Source of the DNA: Octopus vulgaris
Lineage: Eukaryota
NCBI GenBank assembly: GCA_951406725.2
Contig: OX597815.1
Location: 94,550,001 to 94,614,000 of the forward strand
Reading direction: 5' to 3'
Length of the DNA: 64,000 bases
The notes beneath the pieces were generated by a model, which was given only the letters and a program-made list of their open reading frames with translations, had not been told where the DNA came from and ran no database searches. This document shows, piece after piece, positions 52,536 through 64,000 of the stretch. The position numbers were made by a program, and so were the translations under genes. Numbering within the stretch: the first letter of the stretch is position 1; each line of letters opens with the position of its first letter.

Positions 52536-52542
<7 letters not shown>
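51260..52542 (-). mobile_element. 5'-truncated PLE (Neptune-type): RT thumb, linker, GIY-YIG and pLTR, flanked by (TA)n
   Basis: TDIFYKATD..QYL.FNSCHP.H...NIPF.LARRIC, KCGRSNCATC, FTCASENIIYVIKCSGC..DYVGST..LR.R..LHRQQI, KE.FFI.KYKP.LN. Hammerhead at 51436-51475. Confidence 0.93.
51436..51475 (-). ncRNA. Minimal type I hammerhead, U3-A8 core variant
   Basis: Minus strand AAGAAAT-TTGAAAA-GC-TACAC-GC-GAAA-CCGG-TA-ATTTCTT. Perfect 7-bp stem I and palindromic ACCGGT. Confidence 0.78.
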
Positions 52543-52571
<29 letters not shown>

Positions 52572-52575
<4 letters not shown>

Positions 52576-52760
52576 GGAATTTACAGAAAATCAAAAGACG
52601 AAGACAGGTGTGTAAACAACAAGCAGGTGTATTAGTTTAACGCTCGGGAAGGTGAGAAAGTCTTTTACAATTCGAGCCTACGCTCTTCAAGAGAAAGGAA
52701 CCCGAGAAAATAAACACAGAGAAAGAGAATTAAAAAAGCTTTAGAGGTTAACGGTCAATT
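52572..52760 (-). mobile_element. pLTR-like repeat, same family as 15408-15520
   Basis: Shared ~60-bp block. The hammerhead-like motif is decayed here. Confidence 0.55.
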
Positions 52761-52881
52761 AGGGCGGCTGATTGGACAGAGGTCGTTAGACAGGAGTGCT
52801 ATGAAGAAGGGGTGATAATAAAGTATTGGTGATCCCATAACGAAGGTGCACGAGTCAAATTAACAGATTTCCTTACAATTT

Positions 52882-53740
52882 AGGGCAGTTACACTTGTGA
52901 CTGTTCGATCTGGTTGCCCACCAAAAGGTCTAAGCTAAGAGCGTTAGACTGTTTTGTAAGAAACCAAGCGAATGTATACAACAACAAGGAAAAAAAACGG
53001 AGAATATGTTACACAATTACAAATACAAACAACAAGAATATAACAGCAGGTGACTTTCGACTAAGGACGAATGAAATCGAGCTGGCGTGTATAAAGTGAA
53101 AGCCTTAAAGCAGGAGGTGTTGGATATAAGAAGCGTTGGCAGTCGGCAGTCAGGTCAACAAAGAAAGCTCATGGCTGGTCGAACGCCTTAAGGCTTTTGC
53201 TCACCTTATGGTATGTATCTACATTTTGTACGATTCTTTTATTTTCTTTTAGCCCCCCTCATACATTCTTGCTCTTTTCCTTTCTCGTTTCCCCTCTCTC
53301 ACATTTCTTGACCCTCTGTTTCTTTAACTCCTACTTTTCCTCTTCGATTATCTCCCATTTACCTCTCCATTTATCTCTGTTCTTTTCTAATCCTTCAATC
53401 CCGCTTCCCCTACCCTTCCCTCCTCCTTTCACGTGACCAGTGTTCGGCCAGCCATGATCTTTCTTTCTCGAGCTGACTGGCGACTGCCAACACTTCACGT
53501 CCATGTTGCTGCCTTAAGACTTTCACTCTATACGCGCTAGCTCAATTTGATTCGTCCTCATTCGAAAGACACCTGTTATTATATTCTTATTGTTTGTGGG
53601 CAGTTACACTTGAGACTGTTCAATCTGGTTGCCCTCAAAAAAGTCTAAGCTAAGACCGTTAGATTTTTGTAAGAAAGCAAGCGAACGTGTTCGACAACAA
53701 GGACAAAAAACAGATAACGTTACACAATTATAAATACGAA
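52882..53740. repeat. A-B-spacer-B(inverted)-A rearranged repeat
   Basis: 52882-53029 repeats directly at 53597-53740. 53025-53183 is inverted at 53442-53597. Confidence 0.85.
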
Positions 53741-54554
53741 TATTAATAATTACTTCTCTGTTTTTATTTATTATTTTCTCCTTTATTATTAATACGTCTT
53801 ACCTAATATGATTTTTTTTATGTAAACATGAGTCTTTTATATACATCATCTTTAACTCATTCTCATTTCTCTATTTTTTGCCATTTGTTTACGGTAACTA
53901 TCTAGTATTTGCTTATCATATACCACTTCCTCTCGCTAAACTTCATTCTTTTGTATAGATTTTAAAAAATATATTATACTACGTACTGTTTTCAACGGTT
54001 AGTTTTAATTTTGATTTAAAGTTGGTATTGTCTTCATATTAGACATTTCTACTACATACTTGCCCTACGCTTCATATAATCCATCTATAGAGCGAACGTA
54101 TCCGATACCTCTTTAGTTATATCTTCAAATAACCGTTGAAGCCGTTAGTTATGGTTTAATATCCGACATGACACCCATCTCTTTCTCACACGGACACCAA
54201 TATGACTCTACTATATCAACTTTTTTCTGCTCTATTCCTTTGTAAGTTCCTTGTAGTACGTTGATTTTTATTTAATTTAATTCAATCATGAATTTATATT
54301 ATTATCATATCGATCGTCTGCAAGAATTAAACTTCTTATAAATTTTAGCAACTTGTTTCCTGCATTCTTAATAAAACTGGCAGGATTTATAGAACTTCAT
54401 TTCATAAATGCATCATACATTATATATAAGTACTACTTTCATATCTTTGCAAATTTACGTCTGTAAACTCCCAGCAAAGTATGAAGAATCAACATTAGAA
54501 ATCTTTTTTGGAACCCTCCAATTAAAGGAAGAATCTACATTCAACTTTTATACA

Positions 54555-54613
<59 letters not shown>

Positions 54614-54731
54614 TAGGGCATATACCCTAATTTATAATTTTAATAATTATTACCTTTGAATGTTATTTTTTCCATGCTGGCCATGCTGGCCATGATAAAA
54701 TCTTTATGTTATTTTAAATTAACGATGTTAT

Positions 54732-54777
<46 letters not shown>

Positions 54778-54890
54778 TCAACCTCATTGACCAAGTTTGG
54801 CATCAAAATATATGAAACTCCACTATTATGTGCACATGCTCAAACACAAACAGAACGCATAATGCAGGAGTGTATGTCCGTGTGTGCGTT

Positions 54891-54931
<41 letters not shown>

Positions 54932-56349
54932 TATGGTGGGTATTTCTTTCGTTTTATTATGGACGGGAATACACACATACATGTGTATTTATAAATTTGG
55001 ACATGTGCAAGGTTTTTCATCTAAAATGATAAAAGAATTAATCAATTCATGGTGATCGCAACTCCTTACAATGATTCCAGGAATAATGCAAGGAACACAA
55101 CGGTTAGCTTTTCCTCAATGTTACCTCAAATGTTGTGTATATTTATCCATTTATTTCTTATAGTCACGTGTACATTCCTGTGTTCTCAGCCATGAAACGA
55201 GTACCAACGTTCCCATGAGGTAGGATTGATAATTGTTGAGAGATTTCTCTCAGCATAAAACTGATGCTAACCTTGCTAACCCGCAAATATATATATATAT
55301 ATATACACATATATATACTCAAATTAGCAGCCCTGAACTTTCACGAAAGTGTGAAGACGACTCCGGAACATCATCGTGTCTCTGTGTAGATCTTCGAACA
55401 CCCCCGTGTTCTTAGCCACCATTTCGGCCTTGGTCTTTGAAGGCAGAGTGGTTGGTATCTTTCTCAACTCAACTGCGATCCGCAAATAGTAATTATGGGA
55501 TTATAATCGGAGAAATAATGAGGCCAGAAATTGGGCTCGGTGAAGTAGAAATTGTCCTACAACTACTTCTGATTCTTCCCGATGGTATGACAATGAGTCG
55601 AATCCTGCAGCCCCAAATATGACTTTCCATCAACAATACTCTACAGACACATTTCAAACAGTCTCCAGAAGGTACATATAGCCGTCTGAATTGAGACTAA
55701 GAGGCTGTTCAAAGATGCAGGGCGGCCTGATACCACCCTACCTGGAGACACACCCAAAGACCATCACAGTTTTGGGGATTCTTGGTTTTTATGATGTCCA
55801 TGTCAAGACTTAAGCCGTTACAGTGCTCACAGAGCACTGAGTAGCAGTGATGATGCTGGCATTTTGATATCAGGCATGATACAGGTAAATCTTTTCCAAT
55901 ATTCAAATTATTTCCTTTCCTCCATGTCAGCTAATTTTTTCTCAGCTACAACTTTAATCTTTTTGCTCACCAGTACTTCAAGATCTTTTTGAGAATAAGA
56001 TACATAAAAATCATCAAATTTAGCACAAACATGTATTTATACGCCAAACACACACGTGTATAAATATATATATGAGGAGGTGACAATGGAATAAATTATT
56101 TCATGAACTTCATTAGCTTAACGTTGTTTCTGCTATGCCATGCAGTTGAGTGTCTTTATATATGTAGGATTTACTTTGAGTTTAATTTAAATCCTTGAGA
56201 GAGTTCAAACCGGTTGCTAACAAAGTAAGAAGACATTTTGAGTTAAGAGAGTTCTCGGTGTTTGTGAATATGTGGTTGAATTGGTGTGCTAGTTGAACTG
56301 TCAATGCAGACACCACATAAGAATCTTCCATGGAGAATTTCTAGAATGT

Positions 56350-57300
56350 TTTAGAAATATTTGTGGCACTAATAGATTAGATTTGGAGAATCCATGTCAG
56401 TTTCTTTTGCTCTTTTTCCGTGAAACCAAGTGCTTCTAAGTCTTTGTGTAAATTTGTTGGTACGTAATCTAATGCACCTATGATGATAGATAAAAATGAG
56501 AATTCATATTCATGGTACAAGAGCTCTAAGTTCTGCATTCATTCACCATAAATGTTCTTTTCTTGCACTTATGACTGTACATCCACGTCTGTTGGGCAGC
56601 TGGCCTCTGCAACAGTGCATGACTTTTGTTCCCTGTACAGCAGAACAATATCAGGTCTGTTATACTTGCACCGAATTGATGTTCTTATTGGGCTGCTCCA
56701 ATAGTATTCCTTGTTTTTAAAGCCGTGATTACCTGCTGGTTCTGACATACCTTTGATGTGTACATCAGGGTAGTCCTTCCTATAGATAGCATTGTAAATA
56801 GTCTTTGCAACTAGATTATGCTTCAGGGACAGGTAGTATCTCGTAAACATTTTAGGGCAGCTGCTGCTGATGTGGGTGATATTTTCCACACTAGGAAAGC
56901 AGAGCTGATTTTTTTTTTATCACAACGTGGAGGTTTCGCAGTATTTTTGTTCCTTTTGTTTATCAGGAATTTAGTAGCTATTTACTGTTCCTGGATAGTG
57001 AAGACATATCCTAGTTGGGAGGTAACGTATCTATCGCAGGTGCAGGAGAGGCTAATCTTCCTATCAATACTGTTGTTACCCTCTAGCTTACGGAATTCGT
57101 ATCCATGCGTTGCATTTTGTTGATATGATGCTTGCTTCTTCTCCAAGCTTCTGTTTAGGTAGGCTAGTTCAGTCACTTTTGGGTCGCATGAGACAGTTGT
57201 ATTCTCAGAGGAACGGCATAGAAGTTTTTCTTCAACCCTGAAGATGTTGCCCTCACTTTTGAGTATGCATGGAATAAACTCGTTTCTTTCTTGCAGGTGT
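56350..57300 (-). mobile_element. RLE-type LINE (R4/Dong/NeSL-like) C-terminal fragment
   Basis: ENITHISSSCP...Y...KHN.VAK.I (zinc-knuckle remnant), YYW...I.T....KYNRPDIVL......C...E.SCP.D (PD-(D/E)xK nuclease), upstream GYVFTIQEQ, downstream IIIGAL. Confidence 0.85.
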
Positions 57301-57316
57301 TGTCTGAGTGATATAA

Positions 57317-57434
57317 TGTATGTACGTACGTTTGTATGTATGTATGTATGTATGTATGTATGTATGTATGTATGTATGTATGTATGTATGTATGTATGTA
57401 TGTATGTATGTATGTATGTATGTATGTATGTATA
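57317..57434. repeat. (TATG)n microsatellite
   Basis: Direct. Confidence 0.95.
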
Positions 57435-57835
57435 TACAAGACCGCTTCCAGAGACAGAACTGCTTGGGAAGAGGTTCTAAAATAAACAAGCATTAGCGCT
57501 ACTGGCGCTTTCCCCAGCATGGCAGCCTGTGGCTGATAATGGCAAGAGAAGAATTGAAAATATATACATATTATATTAACTTTTTCTTTTACTTTTCTCG
57601 TGTCTCAGAAATTCCATGTTGTTTCTGTTATTTTAGTTCAAGCCTTCATACACTTCTAGCACATCTATTTCATCTTCCATATTTCTCTTACCTTTACATT
57701 TACCTCACACTCACTCTCGCCCCCAACTTTACGCATCCACGTTTTCAACATTTACACTTAGTAATTACACTACACACCAACACCTCTTGTCTCCAGTAAT
57801 CTACACCAGCATACCTCTGCACTTACACACTTCTA

Positions 57836-57888
<53 letters not shown>

Positions 57889-58291
57889 ACACACACACAC
57901 TCACACATACACATACATACACACCCACACACACACAGAGAAACGTCACACATTAGTCCTTCCATATGCCCGCTCCAGACAAAAGGATAACTCCTATACT
58001 TACCTCTTTCATTCGGAACTCTTCCAATAGAACCTCATTCTCACGTAATTTCTAACCCGTGTCTCTTTCTCTTATTGATTATTCCCCTTTCTCACATTTT
58101 CTCTTTATTTTTATCAGGGAATAATTTCTGAAACGCTGAGGCTCTTTACTTTGGCGTTAGATCCAGGGTGCGCAAATCAACATTGAGAAAATACCTATAT
58201 TTCCTCTTGACTAAATAGTTATCTGAAATAAAATGTGAAGGCAATGTACATCTACCAAGTGTTTGTCCCTTTTGAGTAACAAACGTAGGTT

Positions 58292-58342
<51 letters not shown>

Positions 58343-58398
58343 TGACGCATATTTGCCATTTGAATATGGCTTACCCATAAGGGTGGATGCTACTGTAG

Positions 58399-58436
<38 letters not shown>

Positions 58437-58440
<4 letters not shown>

Positions 58441-59325
58441 CATAAGGGACATTAGCCATTTGAATGTGGCTAGGGACAGGGCAGGGCGGTGGGGGTGTTA
58501 CTGATGCATTTAGCCCCAGGCGATCGTCAACGTCACCAGATAGGCTGACACCATCACGGTGTCCTCTATCCTGCAAAGGGAGATCATTCCCCGAAGAATA
58601 TATAGATTTTCACGTAAATACATTTACTGATTTCGAAAATCTGTTCGACAGCAATAATAATTCTCTAAACGAGATATAGACAGTAACTGCTCCATAACAT
58701 AAGGGACATTAGCCATTTGGATGTGGCTAAAACCTTGAAACCTGGGTCCGTATGTGGCATCCGCTTCTTCGGGGAATGATCTCCCTTTGCAGGATAGAGG
58801 ACACCGTGATGGTGTCAGCCTATCTGGTGACGTTGACGATCGCCTGGGGCTAAATGCATCAGTAACACCCCCACCGCCCTGCCCTGTCCCTAGCCACATT
58901 CAAATGGCTAATGTCCCTTATGTTATGGAGCAGTTACTGTCTATATCTCGTTTAGAGAATTATTATTGCTGTCGAATAGATTTTCGAAATCAGTAAATGT
59001 ATTTACGTGAAAATCTATATATAAATATCCTGCACAGGGAGTTGTTCGTCGAGGAGCGGTGCCTGCCATACGTTGATGATAGGCAAAAACCTTGAAACCT
59101 GGGTCCGTATGTGGCATCCGCTTCTTCGGGGAATGATCTCCCTTTGCAGGATAGAGGACACCGTGATGGTGTCAGCCTATCTGGTGACGTTGACGATCGC
59201 CTGGGGCTAAATGCACCAGTAACACCCCCACCGCCCTGCCCTGTCCCTAGCCACATTCAAATGGCTAATGTCCCTTATGTTATGGAGCAGTTACTGTCTA
59301 TATCTCGTTTAGAGAATTATTATTG
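58437..59325 (+). mobile_element. Retrozyme-like non-autonomous element 2 (357-nt period, ~1.67-mer, two 5' inverted segments) in (TA)n
   Basis: 58729-58968 repeats at 59086-59325. 58437-58598 is the reverse complement of 58765-58926. 58598-58729 is the reverse complement of 58891-59022. (TA)n on both sides. Hammerhead at 59065-59115. Confidence 0.82.
59065..59115 (+). ncRNA. Type I hammerhead ribozyme (predicted cut GUC, after 59105); C3 read as U
   Basis: GCCATACG-TTGATGA-T-AGG-CAAAAA-CCT-T-GAAA-CCTGGG-TC-CGTATGTGGC. Stem I CATACG/CGTATG; stem III ACCTGGGT is near-palindromic. The 3' half repeats at 58729-58758. Confidence 0.75.
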
Positions 59326-59328
59326 ATA

Positions 59329-59367
<39 letters not shown>

Positions 59368-59376
59368 TTGTATATC

Positions 59377-59633
59377 ACGTGACGTGATCACGTGACCGAC
59401 CAGTCCATCAGATGTTGTTACACATTGCTGGCTAAGCGAGCAGGCCAACAGAAGAAAGAGTGGGAGAAAGAGTGGTGAAAGAGTACAGCAGGGATCACCA
59501 CCCCCTGCCGGAGCATCGTGGAGCTTTTAGGTGTTTTCGCTCAATAAACACTCACAACGACCGGTCTGGGAATCGAAACCGCGATTCTGCGACCGCGTGT
59601 CCGCTGCCCTAACCACTAGGCCATTGCGCCTCC
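59377..59633 (-). mobile_element. tRNA-derived SINE family D
   Basis: Minus strand TGGAGGCGCAATGGCCTAGTGGTTAGGGCAGCGGAC..GCGGTTTCGATTCCCAGACC (A and B boxes), followed by a non-tRNA body. Confidence 0.85.
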
Positions 59634-59859
59634 ATATTTGTATATATATACACATAAATATATATATGTGTGTGTGCGTGTGTCTATGTGTGTGTATGTG
59701 TATGTTTATGAAAATAATTTTTGATCTGTCACAAGCCTTTAGTACCATTAAACTGTAGAAGCTCATCCTACTTACCGTGATGTTTAATTGACTGAGACCG
59801 CAATGACAGCTCCCCACGCTAGTCCGTAGCAATTTTCATCACCCAACTCTCGCTCGTAC

Positions 59860-59958
59860 TAACTTGAAATGCATTGATCAAGGACACAATGCGCTGTCCA
59901 GTGTGAGAATCGAACCCACAGCTTAACAGATTAGATCTCTCACCACTAGGCCAACCGC
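59860..59958 (-). mobile_element. tRNA-like SINE head, degenerate
   Basis: Minus strand TGGCCTAGTGGTGAG..GTGGGTTCGATTCTC..CATTGTGTCCTTGATCAA. Confidence 0.6.
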
Positions 59959-60324
59959 TACAACAAACTCACATATGCACAAAAACACACACACATACGT
60001 ATGTGTTTTGGGTATTTAAGTTTTTCCTAACAATTTAGTGAAGAGGTAGTGATAATTTTCTTTTTAATGTTTATATAGAGAGGTTCTTAACTTTCTAAAT
60101 CTCCGAGGAGAATTCTATAAAAACGTTACATTCCGTAATTGGTTTTCGTTTGACTTCACAAAGAACTGAATTTTCCATCTCCTTCTTTTCGTCAAACTTT
60201 CCGTTTCTATAATATATATTCTAGCTAGTCTTCCATTGACAGAATTAGTATATTTTCCCTTAAGTATAGAAATTCCATGGTTTTTTTCTTTATTGGTAGC
60301 ATGATATATTTATATGTTGGTTCG

Positions 60325-60367
<43 letters not shown>

Positions 60368-62469
60368 GTAATTCTAGTTTTTTATGTTAAAAGTTTTTAA
60401 CTTGTAAAGAATAACAACAACAGATATACAAAAACGAAACCTGCATACTTAAAAAGAGTCAAGGTTTCTTATAAAATTAGTTTTGACTAGGACTTCAATT
60501 TCCATGTAACGGATTATTCAACCGCTGCTGAGAATTCTCATTACAGTAATAGTTTACGACTTCACGACAATTTTAATGATATTATTTTTCTCAATATAAA
60601 CGTCACTCCTGGTTGAATAAGCTGTTGGAAGAAATTTCGAGTCACAGTCGAAACCAATTAGATAATATGCTTCACTCTGCTTTTGGTATTGAGTCGTCCC
60701 AGTAGTATATGTTCTGGTGCTATTCCTAAAATTCATTTGATGCGAGAATCATAAAATTAAACATAATTGTTTTTTAGATAACGATCTCTTCTCTATTTGA
60801 AACTAAGTTCATGTTTCTCTCTTTTGGCTTTGCTGTCTCTTTTATGCAACAAATAAACATGTTATCATTATAATTGTCACACTATTCATACCTCATTGAG
60901 AGTATTTGTAAAATATCTGCAATCGAACATTAGGTCACTGTTCTGATGGTTTCCCCAAATTCCTGCTTAAATCCATGGTTTCAAGTAGACGCAGGGACGT
61001 CTGCTTTCTAGAAAAAGCAGCCAAATCGCACGTAAGTCACATTCTGCTCTCTTGGCAAGGAAAGAGACATTTTATGTAATCATAGACACAGTGTCTCAAG
61101 ATAGGCAGTTATTTAGAACTGGAACGTCTTTGGCGATAGGGACTAATTTCGGACTAATATGCTATCACTATCAACAACAATGACAAAATACCGTACGGTA
61201 TTCGTGTAAATTGATACTATTCAACGAAACCTCTTGATCATTTTCTTTAATGATTAGAGCAAGAGTGAAAGGAAGCGCGCATGACTTTATATTTTCAGGT
61301 CTTTCGCGATTGGTGGAACTAAAAGCGGAAATTATTCTAAAATTTAGTGAATTTCTTCTTGTTGAAAGCATTGTAGAGACAGAAAACTACTAAAGGCACC
61401 CAAGGGCCAAGACGTGGTGTAAATTGGGAAGGGGGATTTTGACTCTACCCTTTCGTAAGGCTGCTATATGACAAAGTTTGTACATAACTTATGGATGGAT
61501 GTAGTGGGATGTTTCCTTATTTAGTATGAAGAATCAAAAAATTACAAAAAGTTACAGTATATCTCACATTGGCAGAACACTTTGGTGTTTGAAAAAGAAT
61601 TAAAGAATTAAAAAAACTAACTCGATTGATACACATATATATTTACATATATGCTTTAAACGCACATATACACTCACACCCGTCTTCAATGGTATGTATT
61701 AGACATTCGATCGTAGATTAATAAACAAAATTAATTTATATGTCGTGCATACAAATTGTAAAATTAAAAATACGACGATGATATGAGCAAATTGTCTGGT
61801 GTGTCTAATTTCAGTATTAAACGATAAGGAAACAATTTAATGTGTTCGTGATTAGTTTGTCTCATCGTTGAAGTCATGCCAATATCTCTTGCAACGACGC
61901 TGCGACGGGGTTAATGCTGTGCAGTTAAGAAATGTGCTCCACGATTACGTGTTTCCAGGTTTGATACTACTGAGTACTACATGAGCAAGTGTCTCCTACA
62001 ATAGATTCAGGCCTACCAAATCCCTGAGAGTAAAACAAGAAAGATTGCAACTATGCGGAATACTATTAGAAGGCCTAATACGAGGCTATCATAACAGACA
62101 CCTGTATTGGGTGGCGTGCTGTAATATAAAGCTCGGAACCAGATTATTATGAAGAGTATCTCGCAACCACACAGTGTTGATTATGTCGTAAGAAACATTA
62201 GATGGCCCAGCTTTTTTGTAGAAAACTTATGTCATTTAGCATCAGCATCTGAACTTAAGCTTATTTTGCAGAGTTCACTCTGTATACAAATGCATTCACT
62301 AGACTGATGATTTATAAACTCTTGCGTTGGATTTTCTTCTTATCATCCGGCTTACTCATCTCAGAATCTCAGTTAAAGGTGTTTCCCTTACGTTCGTTGA
62401 CTATGTAATACATGAAAAATATATTTTGAACTGAAAGAACATCTTAGTATTTCCAGCTGGCAAAAATTA

Positions 62470-62800
62470 TTAGAATAGTGACGAAAAACCTTTTGCAGTG
62501 TGGAGTTACGCTTCTCAACTTTGTGATTTCAAATCCCACCTTGTCAATTTTTACCTTTTCACCCTGTGCAGTGGAGATAATGTACCAGTCAATAAATGTA
62601 GTAGTATGTAATCAACAATACCCTCTCCAACTAACTATATTAGAAAAATTAGTGCTGCACATCTCTTTCCATGGGAATTTGGTGAATCCTAATTTGATGT
62701 AAGAAAGCAATTATTATTGCATGAAAACCGGCTTGACAGATCCAGCTAATTATATTTGACTTATGTCGATACATACAAAATGCAGTCAATAATTCAAAAT
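62470..62800 (-). mobile_element. Possible very old DIRS/LTR-type RT relic
   Basis: With frameshifts: LDLSS(G)FHAI, TFIDWYII, KVGFEITKLRSVTPLQK (cf. GF.IN..KS...P.Q). Weak. Confidence 0.2.
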
Positions 62801-63118
62801 ACAGTCGATACGTAAAGAATGTTGTTTAGCAGATGTTGCCTGGAAAATTTCTGGTACATACACTATATGGTCTCTCAACCATGTATTAAACATAGTAGTC
62901 AATCTTCCCTCTATCCACAAGATTCTGTTTAAAAAAGAGAGAAAAATATTACAGGTGGATAAAAAGACAACTATATTCTGTGGATTCTGGGCTAACGTGG
63001 TGATGAACAAAAAAGTAAAATATGAATAAGATACACTTAGAAAATCTCCTGCGCATCCCAAATATTACACCCCTTCAGAAAAATTCTCAGATTTCTATTT
63101 GTTTATATTGTCTGTTAG

Positions 63119-63175
<57 letters not shown>

Positions 63176-63411
63176 TAAAGTTTGAAAACACTATATAAAA
63201 TAAATTTTAATTTTCTTCAAGATTTTACATCTTTTGGTTCTTCTTGAAAAAACGAACCTTATCAAAAATATTTTTAAAAGTTAAGTGTAATAAAAAAAGT
63301 TCATAATTGTTTCTTACTAGTCTCAGCAGAGTCCACGTGGTAGTATTTTGTGATGGGGGGGGGAGCATAATGGCTGTCTTGTGTGATGACTAGAATCGTT
63401 GGCTGTAATTG

Positions 63412-63460
<49 letters not shown>

Positions 63461-63463
<3 letters not shown>

Positions 63464-64000
63464 CAGGACAAAGATCCCGTTCCTGAGAGACTTTGTTGCA
63501 TGCAATCAAGCCTTATGCATAGCACTTACAGAAACGCACCTGAAACCGGACATAGCAGATGCGGAGTTACACATACCACAGTATGCTGTACTACGGACCG
63601 ACAGGAAAGAAAGGAGTCATGGAGGTGTTGCTATGTACATCCGTGAGGACCTCACACCCCAGGTCCTCTTGTCATACTCAAACTCGGTGTGTGACACACT
63701 AATTGTACATATTAGGCAACTTGATGTAGTTGTGTGTGCTACATATCGCCCTCCAGATGCCCCAAGCCATGTGGGTAAGTTCGAAGACTGCCTTATAAAA
63801 ATAGAAGAAATTCTAACCACATTAGAATAACACATAGGTGTACTTCTTATGGGAGACTTCAATCTGCCCAATGTCAGATGGCCCGAGGGCCTTTCTCTCC
63901 CAGGAATGACAAGATGTGAACGAGGACAGGCGAGGTCCCTCCTGAACCTCATCAACACCCTGTACATGGAGCAGGTAATACTCCAACCAACCAGGGCAGG
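63461..64000 (+). mobile_element. CR1/L2-type LINE ORF2, APE endonuclease domain (one in-frame stop; runs off the window)
   Basis: IALTETHL, RTDR..RSHGGVAMYIR, TYRPP, then after TAA (63828-63830) LLMGDFNLP.V.W and QVILQPTR. Confidence 0.92.

Noticed and set aside
58963-58996. Possible second hammerhead TTATTG-CTGTCGA..GAAAT-CAGTAA in element 2
   Set aside because: No stem III or cleavage triplet, U at position 6 and no good stem II; better read as a plain hairpin.
58211-59326. Repeated peptides MWLGTGQGGGG.. and MASASSGND..
   Set aside because: They arise from the direct and inverted copies of a GC-richer non-coding unit; no recognisable domain.
60554-60736. Possible host exon on the minus strand
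   Set aside because: A 60-aa ORF with no recognisable homology and a weak acceptor context; unsupported.

Overview
AT-rich, microsatellite-dense eukaryotic DNA, almost certainly intronic or intergenic. The SINE families and the (TA)n/(CA)n load look like an octopus (coleoid cephalopod) genome; this is inferred from recalled SINE consensus shapes, not from a search. I recognise no intact host gene. Most ORF-track entries are microsatellite read-throughs. The window holds many decayed mobile elements: Penelope-like elements (PLEs) of apparently three lineages, RTE, CR1-type and RLE-type LINE fragments, an ORF1-only L1/Tx1-like element, mariner, Tc1 and hAT relics, a non-autonomous Helitron, MITEs and several tRNA-derived SINE families. 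The most interesting signal is non-coding. Two unrelated small elements (27523-28504, period about 488 nt; 58437-59325, period 357 nt) each sit inside (TA)n, occur as more-than-monomer tandem copies with 5' inversions, and carry a type I hammerhead ribozyme with a palindromic or near-palindromic stem III. They are candidate PLE-mobilised retrozymes. Two Neptune-type PLE 3' ends also carry minimal hammerheads whose core reads UUGAAAA (U3-A8) instead of CUGANGA.
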